This document shows positions 19,734 to 29,228 of a stretch of DNA of 64,000 bases, piece by piece; within the stretch, counting starts at the first letter, position 1, and every line of letters begins with the position of its first letter. A model generated the notes under the pieces. That model did not search any database. It saw only the letters and a list, made by a program, of their open reading frames with translations, and was not told the origin of the DNA. Origin of the DNA: Halorarum halobium (lineage in GTDB: Archaea; Halobacteriota; Halobacteria; Halobacteriales; Haloferacaceae). The stretch is taken from positions 248,001 through 312,000 of the forward strand of contig NZ_CP134949.1 of assembly GCF_032116555.1 (NCBI RefSeq), read 5' to 3'. The position numbers and the translations under genes are program-made.

Positions 19734-20867
19734 ATGGTCACGAGCCGATCCCGGCGGTCCGGATACACGATCCGGCAGTACGACCCCGACGACCGCGACG
19801 GGGTGCTCTCGCTGTACGAGACGGTGTTCGGGCGCGGGGACGAGTCGTGGTTCGACTGGCGCTACGTCGACAACCCGTACCTCGAGTCGGTCCCGATCTG
19901 CGTCGCCGAACACGACGGCGAGGTGGTCGGCGCTCGGCCCAGCCTGCCGTTCCCCCTCCTGATCGGCGGCGAGCGGGTGCTCGCCATCGCACAGGTCGAC
20001 CCGATGGTTGCGCCCGACCACCGACGGAACGGGCTGTTCTCCCGGATGGTGACCCACGTGTACCGCCACTACGCCGACCGCGAGCCGTCGGTGTCGGTCG
20101 GCTTCCCCAACGAGGCCGTCATGGAGGCGCTCACGAGCCTCGACGAGGAGTTGTCGCTGCACAAGGGCGTGACGCGACCGTTCCCGGTCCACTACCGGCT
20201 GCAGGACCCCGGCGCGCTCGTCGGGGACGTGCTGGACGACGACCTGGTCGAGCGACTCGCCGGCAGCCTTGCGACGCCGGCGGCCCGGGGCCTGCTCTCG
20301 CTGCGAACCGGATCGCCCGACCGCACCGCGACGGTCACGCGCCGCGAGGGCGTCCCGGCCGCGGCCCTCGCGGACCTCTCCGCCCGCTCGGTTCCGTCCG
20401 GCGCACACGCACACCGCGAGGAGACGTTCCTCCGCTGGCGGTTCTCGAACCCCCGGTTCGAGTACGCGACGTTCACGGCCGAGATCGAGGGACGGCGGGA
20501 GGCCGCACTCGTCGTCGGCCGGCGGCGATCCGGCGAGCGAGACCTGATCCACGTCACCACCGTCGCGCCGCTGTCCGGCGGTGACCGCCGACGCATCGCG
20601 CTCGATCACCTGCTCGCCCGCGCGGTCGAGGAGTTCCGGGACGCGGCCCTCCTCTCGGTCGCCGGCGAGTGCGTCCCCGACGACCTGCTCGGGAAGTACC
20701 GGTTCCGTCCCGAGACGTCGTTCCCCCTCTCGCGGCTGACGACGACGACGTACCTCGTCACGCGGCCGCTGACGGACCGCGACGTCGGGGAGTGGCGGGT
20801 CGGCGGCCAGTCCCTCTCGGAGCCGAACCGCTGGCGGTTCACCTACTGCGAACGCGAGATCGGGTGA
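19734..20867 (+). CDS. GNAT family N-acetyltransferase (double domain)
   Basis: DPMVAPDHRRNGLF acetyl-CoA motif; WFDWRYVDNP and FLRWRFSNP repeats. Confidence 0.88.
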   Translation: MVTSRSRRSGYTIRQYDPDDRDGVLSLYETVFGRGDESWFDWRYVDNPYLESVPICVAEHDGEVVGARPSLPFPLLIGGERVLAIAQVDPMVAPDHRRNGLFSRMVTHVYRHYADREPSVSVGFPNEAVMEALTSLDEELSLHKGVTRPFPVHYRLQDPGALVGDVLDDDLVERLAGSLATPAARGLLSLRTGSPDRTATVTRREGVPAAALADLSARSVPSGAHAHREETFLRWRFSNPRFEYATFTAEIEGRREAALVVGRRRSGERDLIHVTTVAPLSGGDRRRIALDHLLARAVEEFRDAALLSVAGECVPDDLLGKYRFRPETSFPLSRLTTTTYLVTRPLTDRDVGEWRVGGQSLSEPNRWRFTYCEREIG

Positions 20868-21028
20868 GGACGAATCGGGTGAGGACGAATCGGGTGAGGA
20901 CGAATCGGGTGAGGACGAATCGGGTGAGGACGAATCGGGTGAGGACGAATCGGGTGAGGACGAATCGGGTGAGGACGAATCGGGTGAGGACGAATCGGGT
21001 GAGGACGAATCGGGTGAGGACGGATCGG
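20859..21028 (+). repeat. tandem repeat ATCGGGTGAGGACGA x11
   Basis: 10 perfect 15-bp units, an 11th with one mismatch, then a partial unit; no spacers. Confidence 0.97.
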
Positions 21029-21098
21029 ACGAGTGCGGGCATGGTGAGCACGGTCGAGAGCGTCGAATCCGTCCCACGGTCGGCCCCGGGGACCGCGA

Positions 21099-21527
21099 TC
21101 AGGCGTACGCGCGGAGCGTCCGCTGCTGGAACTCGAGCGTCGTCTCCGGGAACCGGTGTGCGCCGTCGCCGACCGCGTCCCGCACGGCCTCCCGGTCCTT
21201 CAGCAGGAAGCAGTTGTACGACTCGGAAGCGAACTGCGCGACCGAGGTTTTGAAGACGTCGTCGGGGTGGGCGGTGTACTTCTCGACCACCACCAGGTAG
21301 CGTTCGAGGTCCTCGACGACGGTCAGCGAGTAGCCGTGGTCGTAGAGGAACTCCCGGATCGCCGTGAACTCGCCCCGCGGGATCTCGAACCGGTACGCCC
21401 GGTTGTCGTAGAACGGTTTCAGCCGGTCGAACACCGCGTCGCCCTCGAAGTAGTGGCGGACGAGGTACGCCCCGTCGACCGGAAAGACGTTCACCGGTTC
21501 CGTCGTGGCCGCCTGGACCTCGGCCAT
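21099..21527 (-). CDS. hypothetical protein (haloarchaeal type)
   Basis: 142 aa, acidic, typical codon usage; TAAATA box upstream. Confidence 0.75.
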   Translation of the reverse strand: MAEVQAATTEPVNVFPVDGAYLVRHYFEGDAVFDRLKPFYDNRAYRFEIPRGEFTAIREFLYDHGYSLTVVEDLERYLVVVEKYTAHPDDVFKTSVAQFASESYNCFLLKDREAVRDAVGDGAHRFPETTLEFQQRTLRAYA

Positions 21528-21725
21528 CACTCCGTCGTACGTAACCGGGCTATTTAGAACTGTCTTCGAATCAGTATGTTTCTCAGTGGTGAGGCGGTAG
21601 TGCTCGATAGCGAACCGGAGCTGTGGGGAGTGATCCGAAGGAGTGGAGCGATTCCGCGCCGGCGAGGGACGGTTCGGCACGCTGCGGCCCGGAGCTATTT
21701 AGGCGTCTCCGCACTCGACGTACGT

Positions 21726-22325
21726 ATGCTTCCGCTGTGGCGGGTTACCCGGACCGACTCCGCCCGGAGCCTGTACGAGGCGCTCAAGCGCGTCGGCGTC
21801 ACCGCGACAGCGATGTACGAGTACGAGCGGGCGCTTGCGAGTGCCACCGACGACGAGCCGCCCGCTCTGCCGGCCGGCGTCTCCGTCGAGACGCGTCGAC
21901 ACGAGGCGCTCGCGGACCGCAGCCACGACGTCGACTTCTCGCTGCCCGTGTCGCCGCTGCCCGGCGAACGTGCCGTCGTCGCGGTCCACGCCGGCCGCCC
22001 CGTCGGCCGAACCCTGGTGAGCGCGGGCGTCGACCCGGAGGTTCACCCGCTCGAACGCCGGCTGGCGTTCCCCGGCGCCTACGTCCGGCGCGTGTTCGTC
22101 GCGCCCGGGTGGCGGACCGAGGGAATCGCCTCACGGCTTCTGTACCGGGCGCTCGTCGTCGCAGGGGAGGAACTCGACGGCGACCGGGCGAGCGCGCTCG
22201 TCGCGGCGGACAACAGACCATCCCGGCGGCTGTTCGAGGGACGGGGCTTCGAGCGCGTCCGGAGCCACCGGTACGTCCGGGTCGGCCGGTTCAGCCGTCG
22301 CCGAACGCGAGCGCTCGACGGCTGA
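21726..22325 (+). CDS. GNAT family N-acetyltransferase
   Basis: VFVAPGWRTEGIA and NRPSRRLFEGRGF motifs. Confidence 0.85.
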   Translation: MLPLWRVTRTDSARSLYEALKRVGVTATAMYEYERALASATDDEPPALPAGVSVETRRHEALADRSHDVDFSLPVSPLPGERAVVAVHAGRPVGRTLVSAGVDPEVHPLERRLAFPGAYVRRVFVAPGWRTEGIASRLLYRALVVAGEELDGDRASALVAADNRPSRRLFEGRGFERVRSHRYVRVGRFSRRRTRALDG

Positions 22326-22436
22326 CCCGTCTCCGGAGCGGTACCCACGCCACCGGGGATATATATTGGCGATAACAACTATTTATGTACTGAAGTAAAT
22401 TTATACTCCGGGAGCGTCGAGGGTCGCGTAGCGGCA

Positions 22437-23129
22437 ATGTCAGACGAACCTAACATGCTCCGGGGGATCACGCGACGCCTCGACGCCCGGAACGGGTGGG
22501 CCGAGTCGGGCGAGCGCACCAGCGTCCTGACGGCGCTGACGGGGGCCGACTACCTCAGCCTCGTCGCGCTGTTCGTCGGGTGGGTCGGGGCCCTGCTGTT
22601 CCTCTCGAACGAGCCGAACTGGGCGATCGTGACCACGTTCGGGGCGTTCCTGTTCGACAAACTCGACGGGTACTGGGCCAGACGGCGGGGGACGAGTTCC
22701 GCGTTCGGCCGGGGGATCGACTCGTTCATCGACGTGTTCGCCTACCTCGTGCCCGGCGCGCTGCTGTTCCACTACGAACTCGCCCCGAACGGCGTCCTCA
22801 GCGCGGTGGTGGGCTTTGCCGTGCTCGCGTTCGGCGGGCTCAGGCTCGTGCGCCACACCGCGGAGGGGTTCGAGTCCCGCGACTCGGTGCGCTACTATCA
22901 CGGCACGACGGTCGTCCACACGAACGCGGTCGTGCTCGCGAACTACGTCCTCCTCCACCTGATCGCCTGGTGGAACGGCTGGATCGCGACCGCGCTGATC
23001 CTCGCGGCCGCGCCGCTGATGGTCTCCGAATACCGCGCCCCCAAAACGACGCTCGCGCACGCGCTGCTGGGCGTGCTCGTCGTCGCGGTCACCGCCGTCT
23101 GTCTCGCCATCGAGTTCGGGGCCCTATGA
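22437..23129 (+). CDS. CDP-alcohol phosphatidyltransferase (PssA-like)
   Basis: DKLDGYWARRRGTSSAFGRGIDSFID matches the DxxDGxxAR..GxxxDxxxD signature. Confidence 0.9.
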   Translation: MSDEPNMLRGITRRLDARNGWAESGERTSVLTALTGADYLSLVALFVGWVGALLFLSNEPNWAIVTTFGAFLFDKLDGYWARRRGTSSAFGRGIDSFIDVFAYLVPGALLFHYELAPNGVLSAVVGFAVLAFGGLRLVRHTAEGFESRDSVRYYHGTTVVHTNAVVLANYVLLHLIAWWNGWIATALILAAAPLMVSEYRAPKTTLAHALLGVLVVAVTAVCLAIEFGAL

Positions 23130-23821
23130 ACGGGGACCCCGGCCGGGAGACCGTCCGGATCGACTGTCACGTCCACACGGCCGACTCGTACGACTCGACG
23201 GCTCCGGTCGAGGAGGTCCTGCGGCACGCCGCGCGGGTCGGGATCGACGGCCTCGTCGTCACCGACCACGACCGGATCGAACGCTCGCTGCGGGCGGCCG
23301 AGCGCGCCGCCGAGTTCGGCCTGATCGGCATCCCTGGCGTCGAGGTGTCGACCGCGGACGGCCACCTGCTCGCCATCGGCGTGGAGACCCGGCCCGAACC
23401 CGGCAGGCCGCTGCCGGCGACCGTCGAGGCGGTCCGGGACCGCGGGGGCGTCGCGGTCGTCCCGCACCCGTTCCAGTTGAGCCGCCACGGCGCGTCGGCC
23501 GCCGCGATCACCGACTGTGACGGCATCGAGACGTTCAACGCGCACGGGCTCACCGGCATCCGGAACCGACAGGCCGCGCGCTTTGCCGACGCGTTCGACT
23601 ACCCCCGGTTCGGCGGCAGCGACGCGCATCGGCCACGGCTCGTCGGCTGCGGGCTGACGCGCGTCGAGGTGACGGCCCCGCGTGTCACGCCGGCGACCGT
23701 CCTCGACGGAATGTGTGCGGGCCGGACCCGCGCGGCCGGCAACCGCACCTCGGTGCGCCGGTATCTCGGCAAGTGGGCGCGGAACGCGCGGCTCAAACGC
23801 CCGGGGCTCCCGCGACTGTGA
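23126..23821 (+). CDS. PHP domain metal-dependent phosphoesterase
   Basis: DCHVHT, VTDHD, GVEVST, PHPF, GGSDAH motifs; ATGA overlap. Confidence 0.92.
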   Translation: MNGDPGRETVRIDCHVHTADSYDSTAPVEEVLRHAARVGIDGLVVTDHDRIERSLRAAERAAEFGLIGIPGVEVSTADGHLLAIGVETRPEPGRPLPATVEAVRDRGGVAVVPHPFQLSRHGASAAAITDCDGIETFNAHGLTGIRNRQAARFADAFDYPRFGGSDAHRPRLVGCGLTRVEVTAPRVTPATVLDGMCAGRTRAAGNRTSVRRYLGKWARNARLKRPGLPRL

Positions 23822-24549
23822 CTCCGGAGCCGGACGGGTCGCCGCGGCGGATCTTCCGGTCGGCCGCCCACCGGCGGCTCGCGCTCGCCGTGGCCGGTGC
23901 CGTTCTCGGCGTCGCGCTGGCCGGCACGCTCCTCCTGTGGTTGCTCTCGCCGTCCGTGTTCGAGCCGGCGTGGCTCCGCGAGCGCATCGCCGGCACCGGC
24001 GAGGCCGCACCGCTCGTCTTCGTGCTGGTGCAGACGGCGCAGGTGATCTTCGCGCCGGTCCCCGGGCAGGTGCTCGGCGCGGTCGGGGGGTATCTGTTCG
24101 GTAGCGTGCGCGGCACGGTGTACAGCATGCTCGGCGTCACGATCGGCAGCCTCGTCGTCTTCGCCGCCGGTCGCCGCTACGGCCGGCCGTTCGTCGCCCG
24201 GGTCCTCACCGACGAGACGCTCGCGCGCTTCGACGGCTTCGTCGCCGACCACGGCACGCTCGGGCTGTTCGTCGTCTTCCTGCTGCCGACGTTCCCCGAC
24301 GACGCCATCTGTCTCCTCTCGGGGCTCACCGACGTCCGCCTCCGGACGTTCCTCGTCCTGCTGGTCGTCGGCCGGACGCCCGCCTTCTTCGCCACCGCCT
24401 TCGCGGGGACCTCGCTCGCGAACGGGCGGGGCGCGGTGTTCGCGCTCGTGCTGGCGGCGCTGCTCGCGATCTCGGCGGTCATCTACCTCCAGCAGACGGC
24501 GATCCTCGACGCGCTGGCCGCCGTGGCGGGCGAGCAGGAGCCGAAGTAG
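23818..24549 (+). CDS. DedA/TVP38 (VTT domain) membrane protein
   Basis: QVIFAPVPG...GGYLFG and FLLPTFPDD motifs; GTGA overlap. Confidence 0.9.
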   Translation: MTPEPDGSPRRIFRSAAHRRLALAVAGAVLGVALAGTLLLWLLSPSVFEPAWLRERIAGTGEAAPLVFVLVQTAQVIFAPVPGQVLGAVGGYLFGSVRGTVYSMLGVTIGSLVVFAAGRRYGRPFVARVLTDETLARFDGFVADHGTLGLFVVFLLPTFPDDAICLLSGLTDVRLRTFLVLLVVGRTPAFFATAFAGTSLANGRGAVFALVLAALLAISAVIYLQQTAILDALAAVAGEQEPK

Positions 24550-24631
24550 CGCGAGTGCTCGACGGGGTTTCGCGTCGGCGTCCCGTCCCTCTGCACGGAC
24601 GCGACGCTCGGGAGTCGGTCGTCGGGAGGAG

Positions 24632-24705
24632 GTCCAGGTGCGAGAATTGAACCCGCGTCTCAGCCTCCACAAGGCTGAAGGATAGTCCACTACCCCAACC
24701 CGGAC
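24632..24705 (-). tRNA. tRNA-His (anticodon GUG), encoded G-1
   Basis: GTCCGGGTTGGGGTAGTGGACTATCCTTCAGCCTTGTGGAGGCTGAGACGCGGGTTCAATTCTCGCACCTGGAC cloverleaf. Confidence 0.96.
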
Positions 24706-24906
24706 ACGCACACGGGTCTACTTCGCTCCGACTCAAATACGTTACGAACGCCGTCCTGCGGTGTGGTGGACCGCCCCACGGTTCGATCCCGCCCGGTCGA
24801 CGGGTCCGACGCCCAGCCCGCGATGCCGTCCGTGACGCCGCTCGGGGACGCGCGACGACCCGGACCGTCGGGCTTTTGGCCCGCTCGCGCGTTCACATCG
24901 CCAACT

Positions 24907-25362
24907 GTGGCGCTCACGGACAAGATCTACCTCAAGAATCACAGGCAGATCGCCTCCCAGCTCGGGACGAGCATCCCGAAGGGGGCGTTCAAGGGCGCGA
25001 CGCTGGATCTCGTGTTCACCGGCGACGGCCTCGCGGAGGTGGACGAGGCGACGCGCGACCGCCTGCTGGACTTTGCGGAGGACTTCCTGGACTGCGACTG
25101 CGAGAACGCGCCCTACTGTGGTCACCCGGAGCGCAAGTTCGTCCGGTACGTGCTCGAACTCCGGGCACAGGGGATGGGTCCGGACGCCATCGTCGACGTC
25201 ATGGGCGACGACTACATGCTGTACGCCTACCCCGGCGACGTGCTCTCGTTCCTCGATTCAGCGGTGCGGACGCTGGAGGCCGTCGAGTCGCTCGCGGACG
25301 TCGAGGGCGACCGGGAGATGGAGGAGAAGGCGCGCGACGCGAAGCGGGCGCTGGCGGGCTGA
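24907..25362 (+). CDS. DUF5814-like protein (stand-alone C-terminal module of the archaeal Ski2-like helicase)
   Basis: GTG start; FLDCDCENAPYCGHPERKF Cys/His cluster and YAYPGD. Confidence 0.78.
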   Translation: MALTDKIYLKNHRQIASQLGTSIPKGAFKGATLDLVFTGDGLAEVDEATRDRLLDFAEDFLDCDCENAPYCGHPERKFVRYVLELRAQGMGPDAIVDVMGDDYMLYAYPGDVLSFLDSAVRTLEAVESLADVEGDREMEEKARDAKRALAG

Positions 25363-25404
25363 GACGGCTGGCGAGAACTCCCGTCAGCGGGGCGATTCGG
25401 GACG

Positions 25405-25842
25405 CTACCCGATCTGGTACGGCTCGTCCTCGCCGAGCTCGACGTCGGGCACGTCGCGTTCCTCGTCGAGGTCCTCGAGGTTGACGACCTCCTCGCCGTC
25501 GTCCTCGTCGGATTCGAGCCGGTCGTGGAGGTACGTCGCGTACTGCTTGTACTCGTCCAGTTGCTCGCGCAGGTGCTCGGCCTCGAGTTCGAGCCGCTCG
25601 TGCTCGCGGACGAAGCTCCGCGGGACCGACACCGTCGGCGGGAACGGCGCGTCGTCGTCGCCGTCGGCCTCGTACTCGTGCTCGGGGACGACCTCGATCT
25701 GGCCGTCGTGGGCGACCAGCGCCTCGACGTAGTCGCGGAACACCGCCGACAGCGAGAGGTCGCGTTCGTCCGCGATCTCCCGCAGCGCCTCGAAGGCGTC
25801 CTCGTTGACGCGGAAGGAGACCGTCTTGTTCTTGTTGCTCAT
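25405..25842 (-). CDS. ribbon-helix-helix CopG family protein with coiled coil
   Basis: MSNKNKTVSFRVNEDAFEALREIADERDLSLSAVFRDY. Confidence 0.88.
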   Translation of the reverse strand: MSNKNKTVSFRVNEDAFEALREIADERDLSLSAVFRDYVEALVAHDGQIEVVPEHEYEADGDDDAPFPPTVSVPRSFVREHERLELEAEHLREQLDEYKQYATYLHDRLESDEDDGEEVVNLEDLDEERDVPDVELGEDEPYQIG

Positions 25843-26039
25843 TGCTGGTTCGTGGGTCGTTGTCTCACTTAACGGTTCGTCAGACGGCTGTCTGTCCCGT
25901 GTGGGGGTGTTTCGACCGGTTCGTGGTCGGATGCGTCCGGTTCGGTTTCGTTTCGTTCCGGGACGGGAGTTAGGCGGCCTCGTGAGCCGTGGACCCGGCT
26001 GGGTGGACAGGCTGATCACTGCTGCTGGCGGTGATTTCA

Positions 26040-26530
26040 GCCTCGCCCTCCCTTACCTCGGAGCGAGCTCCTCGGAACTCACCCTCGCTGCGCTCGCGTG
26101 AACAGCCGCTTGCGATGCTCGCTCGCAGGCTCGCTGCGCTTCTCACCCCTCGCGCGCGAGTGCGAGCCCCACGAGGGGGCTCGCGTCACGCGTTACCCGG
26201 GACCTCCGGTCCCGTGACGTCACCCTCGCTCCGCTCGCGTGACCGCCGACCGCCAGCACGCGCCGAGCGCACCCCTGTTGCCGACGCGTCCGTCGGACGG
26301 TCGGGCGAACGTCCCGCTGGATTACCCCTGACGGTACGAGCGGTAGGCGGGCCAGCGAACGCTCGGCCAACCATCCGGAAGGGTGGGACTGGAAGGAGCC
26401 GCGGCGTTCACGGGCGCTTGCGCCCGTGAATTCGGGAGAGCGTGCTCTCCCGTAAGTCGACGAACCCCGGACCCGGGGAGGCGAGCGCAGCGAGGCGAAC
26501 CTCGGAAGTCGCAGCCCGCGGAGCGAGGAG
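26040..26530. repeat. cluster of haloarchaeal REP-like palindromic modules
   Basis: contains inverted copies of about 9625-9715 and 13782-13850 plus extra hairpins (TTCACGGGCG-CTTG-CGCCCGTGAA, CGGGAGAGC-GT-GCTCTCCCG). Confidence 0.85.
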
Positions 26531-26610
26531 GTCGTCGACGGTCGCACGTTCGAACCACGAGCATCACCGGAGGCAAAAGCGGTTAGTCCCGTCCGCCGAA
26601 GCCCACCCAC

Positions 26611-27864
26611 ATGCGAACCACCGAGGCGTTCGTCGGCCTCCGCTGTGTCGACTGTGACGCACGACACGACCCGGCGACGACGACCCACCGCTGTCCCGAC
26701 TGCGAGGGCGTCCTGGACCCCGAGTACGACCTCGACCGGGTCGACCTCACCCGAAACGACCTCGAATCGCGCCGCTTCGACTCGATGTGGCGCTACGCGG
26801 AACTGCTCCCGTTCCCCCGCGAGACGGCCGTCTCGCTCGGCGAGGGCGCGACGCCGCTGGTCGAGTGCCCGACGCTCGCCGATCGGATGGGCGTCGGCGC
26901 GGTCTACCTGAAGGACGAGGGGCGGAATCCGACGGGGACGTTCAAGGACCGCGGGCAGACGGCGGCGATGACCGCCGCGCGCGAGCACGGGGCCGAGCGG
27001 ATCGCGCTCAACAGCGCCGGCAACGCCGGCCAGTCCGCGGCCGCCTACGCCGCTAGGGCGGGGCTGGACGCCCACGTGTTCCTCCCCGACCGCGCCGGCT
27101 TCACCCAGAAGGCGATGACGGAGGTTCACGGGGGCGACCTCCGCGTGGCGGAGGGTGAGATCACCGACGCCGGCGCCGCGTACGCCGAGGCGATGGCCGA
27201 CGGCGCGGAGGGCGACCGTGAGGGCTGGTACTCGACCAAGACGTTCGTCACGCCGTACCGCCACGACGGCAAGAAGACGATGGCCTACGAGACCATCGAG
27301 CAGCTGGACTGGGAAGCGCCCGACGCGGTCGTCTACCCGACCGGCGGCGGCGTCGGCCTCGTCGGGATGCACAAGGCCGCGAAGGAGTTCGACGAACTCG
27401 GGCTGTCCTCGGGCCTGCCCGGGATGTACGCTGCACAGGCCGAGGGCTGTGCGCCGGTCGTCCGGGCGTGGGAGGAGGGAGCCGAGCGCCACGAGGCCTG
27501 GACGGACATCACGACCGCCTGCAACGGCATCGCCGTCCCCGACCCCGGCGCGTCGCCGCTCATCCTCGAGGCGCTCGCGGAGAGCGACGGCGGCGCGGTG
27601 GCGACGAGCGACCGCGAGATCCTGGACGCCGCCGTCGAGGTCGCGCGTGCGGAGGGCATCGAGGTCGGTGCCACCTGCGCGGCGGCCGTCTCGGGCGCGT
27701 TCGAGCTGGCCGAGCGTGGCGAGTTCGGCCCCGACGACACGGTCGTCCTGCTCAACACCGGCGCGGGGAACAAGGACGTGGACACGCTCCGGGCACACTT
27801 GGGCGAGCGTGAGAGCCGACGCGAAGGGGCGGCGCAGTTCGAGGACGGGGACCCGGCGGCGTGA
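26611..27864 (+). CDS. thrC: threonine synthase
   Basis: N-terminal Zn ribbon, NPTGTFKDRG PLP lysine, SAGNAG, PTGGG. Confidence 0.9.
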   Translation: MRTTEAFVGLRCVDCDARHDPATTTHRCPDCEGVLDPEYDLDRVDLTRNDLESRRFDSMWRYAELLPFPRETAVSLGEGATPLVECPTLADRMGVGAVYLKDEGRNPTGTFKDRGQTAAMTAAREHGAERIALNSAGNAGQSAAAYAARAGLDAHVFLPDRAGFTQKAMTEVHGGDLRVAEGEITDAGAAYAEAMADGAEGDREGWYSTKTFVTPYRHDGKKTMAYETIEQLDWEAPDAVVYPTGGGVGLVGMHKAAKEFDELGLSSGLPGMYAAQAEGCAPVVRAWEEGAERHEAWTDITTACNGIAVPDPGASPLILEALAESDGGAVATSDREILDAAVEVARAEGIEVGATCAAAVSGAFELAERGEFGPDDTVVLLNTGAGNKDVDTLRAHLGERESRREGAAQFEDGDPAA

Positions 27865-27916
27865 CCCGGGCGCGAGCAGGACCAATTAAGGCACGGTGCC
27901 GTCAATTCCCGGCCGG

Positions 27917-28294
27917 ATGACGGTGGACGTGCTGTCCGGGGGCGACACCTCGGGCGTCGAACGGGTCGCGGACGCGCTCGAGGACGACGCGTGTCGCGCC
28001 ATCGTCTCGGCGCTGGAGGAGCCGATGAGCGCCCAGCGGGTCGCCGAGGCGGCGGACGTCCCGCTCTCGACGACCTACCGGAAACTCGACAAGCTCACGG
28101 ACGCCTCGCTCGTCGAGGAGCGCACCGAGGTCAGGCCCGACGGCCACCACCGGTCGCGGTACGTCGTCGACTTCGAGCGCATCATTCTCGCGCTCGACGA
28201 GGAGCGCGACTTCGAGGTCGACGTCGAACGCCCCGCCGTGGAGCCGGACGAACGCCTCGCGGACATGTGGTCGGAGGTGCGCCGGGAGACGTGA
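27917..28294 (+). CDS. winged helix (ArsR-like) transcription regulator
   Basis: ALEDDACRAIV...SAQRVAEAADVPLSTTYRKLDKL. Confidence 0.88.
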   Translation: MTVDVLSGGDTSGVERVADALEDDACRAIVSALEEPMSAQRVAEAADVPLSTTYRKLDKLTDASLVEERTEVRPDGHHRSRYVVDFERIILALDEERDFEVDVERPAVEPDERLADMWSEVRRET

Positions 28295-28569
28295 GCCACG
28301 TCGTCTCCACCGCGGTCATCGCGCTCAAGAGCATCACGCTGGTGCTCGGCGGGCTCATCACGTTCTTCGCGTTCAGGGCGTACCGCCGGACCCACGCCAC
28401 CGCGCTCGGCGCGCTGGCGCTCGGATTCGGCTTCGTCACCGTGGGCGCGATGCTCGCGGGCGCGGCCCATCAGGCGTTCGGGCTCGACACGAACGCCGTG
28501 CTGCTCATCGAGAGCGGCCTCACCGCGCTCGGCTTCGGCATCATCGTCTACTCGCTCTACTCCGACTGA
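28291..28569 (+). CDS. small three-TM protein coupled to the HTH regulator
   Basis: GTGA overlap; LGGLITFFAFRAYRRT...LALGFGFVTVG. Confidence 0.82.
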   Translation: MSHVVSTAVIALKSITLVLGGLITFFAFRAYRRTHATALGALALGFGFVTVGAMLAGAAHQAFGLDTNAVLLIESGLTALGFGIIVYSLYSD

Positions 28570-28661
28570 CCGCCGCGAAGACGTGCCGAAACGCCTCCCT
28601 CGTCGTTCGCGCCGACCTCGAAAAACGGGTTCCGGTCGGCCGCGGTCGACCGGCGGCCGAT

Positions 28662-29228
28662 TCAGCCGAGGACGTACTCGAGCGCCGGGTACTTCTCGAG
28701 GAGCGGTTCGCCGTCCACCTCGTAGTTCTCGATCACTGCGTCCAGCCCGAGGATGCGCCCGGCGCCGAACGCGGCGACCGCGAGGAACACGAGCATGTAC
28801 GCGAAGTCGCCGTTGATGACGCCGTGGGCGACGCTCCAGTTCCCGAAGTAGAACAGGAGCATCATGAGCGCCCCGAAGAACGCCGCGAGGCGGGTGAACG
28901 CGCCCACGAGCAGCCCGAGGCCGATGAGCAGTTCGCCCCACGGGACCGCGACGTTCACGATCTCGACGAACCAGCCGGTCTGGCCCATCCAGGTGAACAG
29001 CCCGACCAGCGGGCTGCCGTTCGCCACGGTCGCGTTCAGCAGGTAGCCCTGCGCGTCGAACGACCCGCCGAGGATCTTCGTCCAGCCCGAGTAGAGGAAC
29101 GCGTAGCCCATCATGAGCCGGAGCGCGAGGACGAACCAGGCGCTCAGGCTGTGGGCCCGCCCGCGGACCTCGATTCCCGCGAGGTTGCTCTCGAACACGT
29201 TCACGCCGCCGTCGGTTCCGGTTGACAT
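28662..29228 (-). CDS. DoxX/DoxD family membrane protein
   Basis: LRLMMGYAFLYSGWTK, PWGELLIGLGLLVGAFTR, GAGRILGLD. Confidence 0.9.
   Translation of the reverse strand: MSTGTDGGVNVFESNLAGIEVRGRAHSLSAWFVLALRLMMGYAFLYSGWTKILGGSFDAQGYLLNATVANGSPLVGLFTWMGQTGWFVEIVNVAVPWGELLIGLGLLVGAFTRLAAFFGALMMLLFYFGNWSVAHGVINGDFAYMLVFLAVAAFGAGRILGLDAVIENYEVDGEPLLEKYPALEYVLG

Noticed and set aside
20859..21028. Possible CRISPR array
   Set aside because: Units are 15 bp and contiguous, with no spacers and no cas genes
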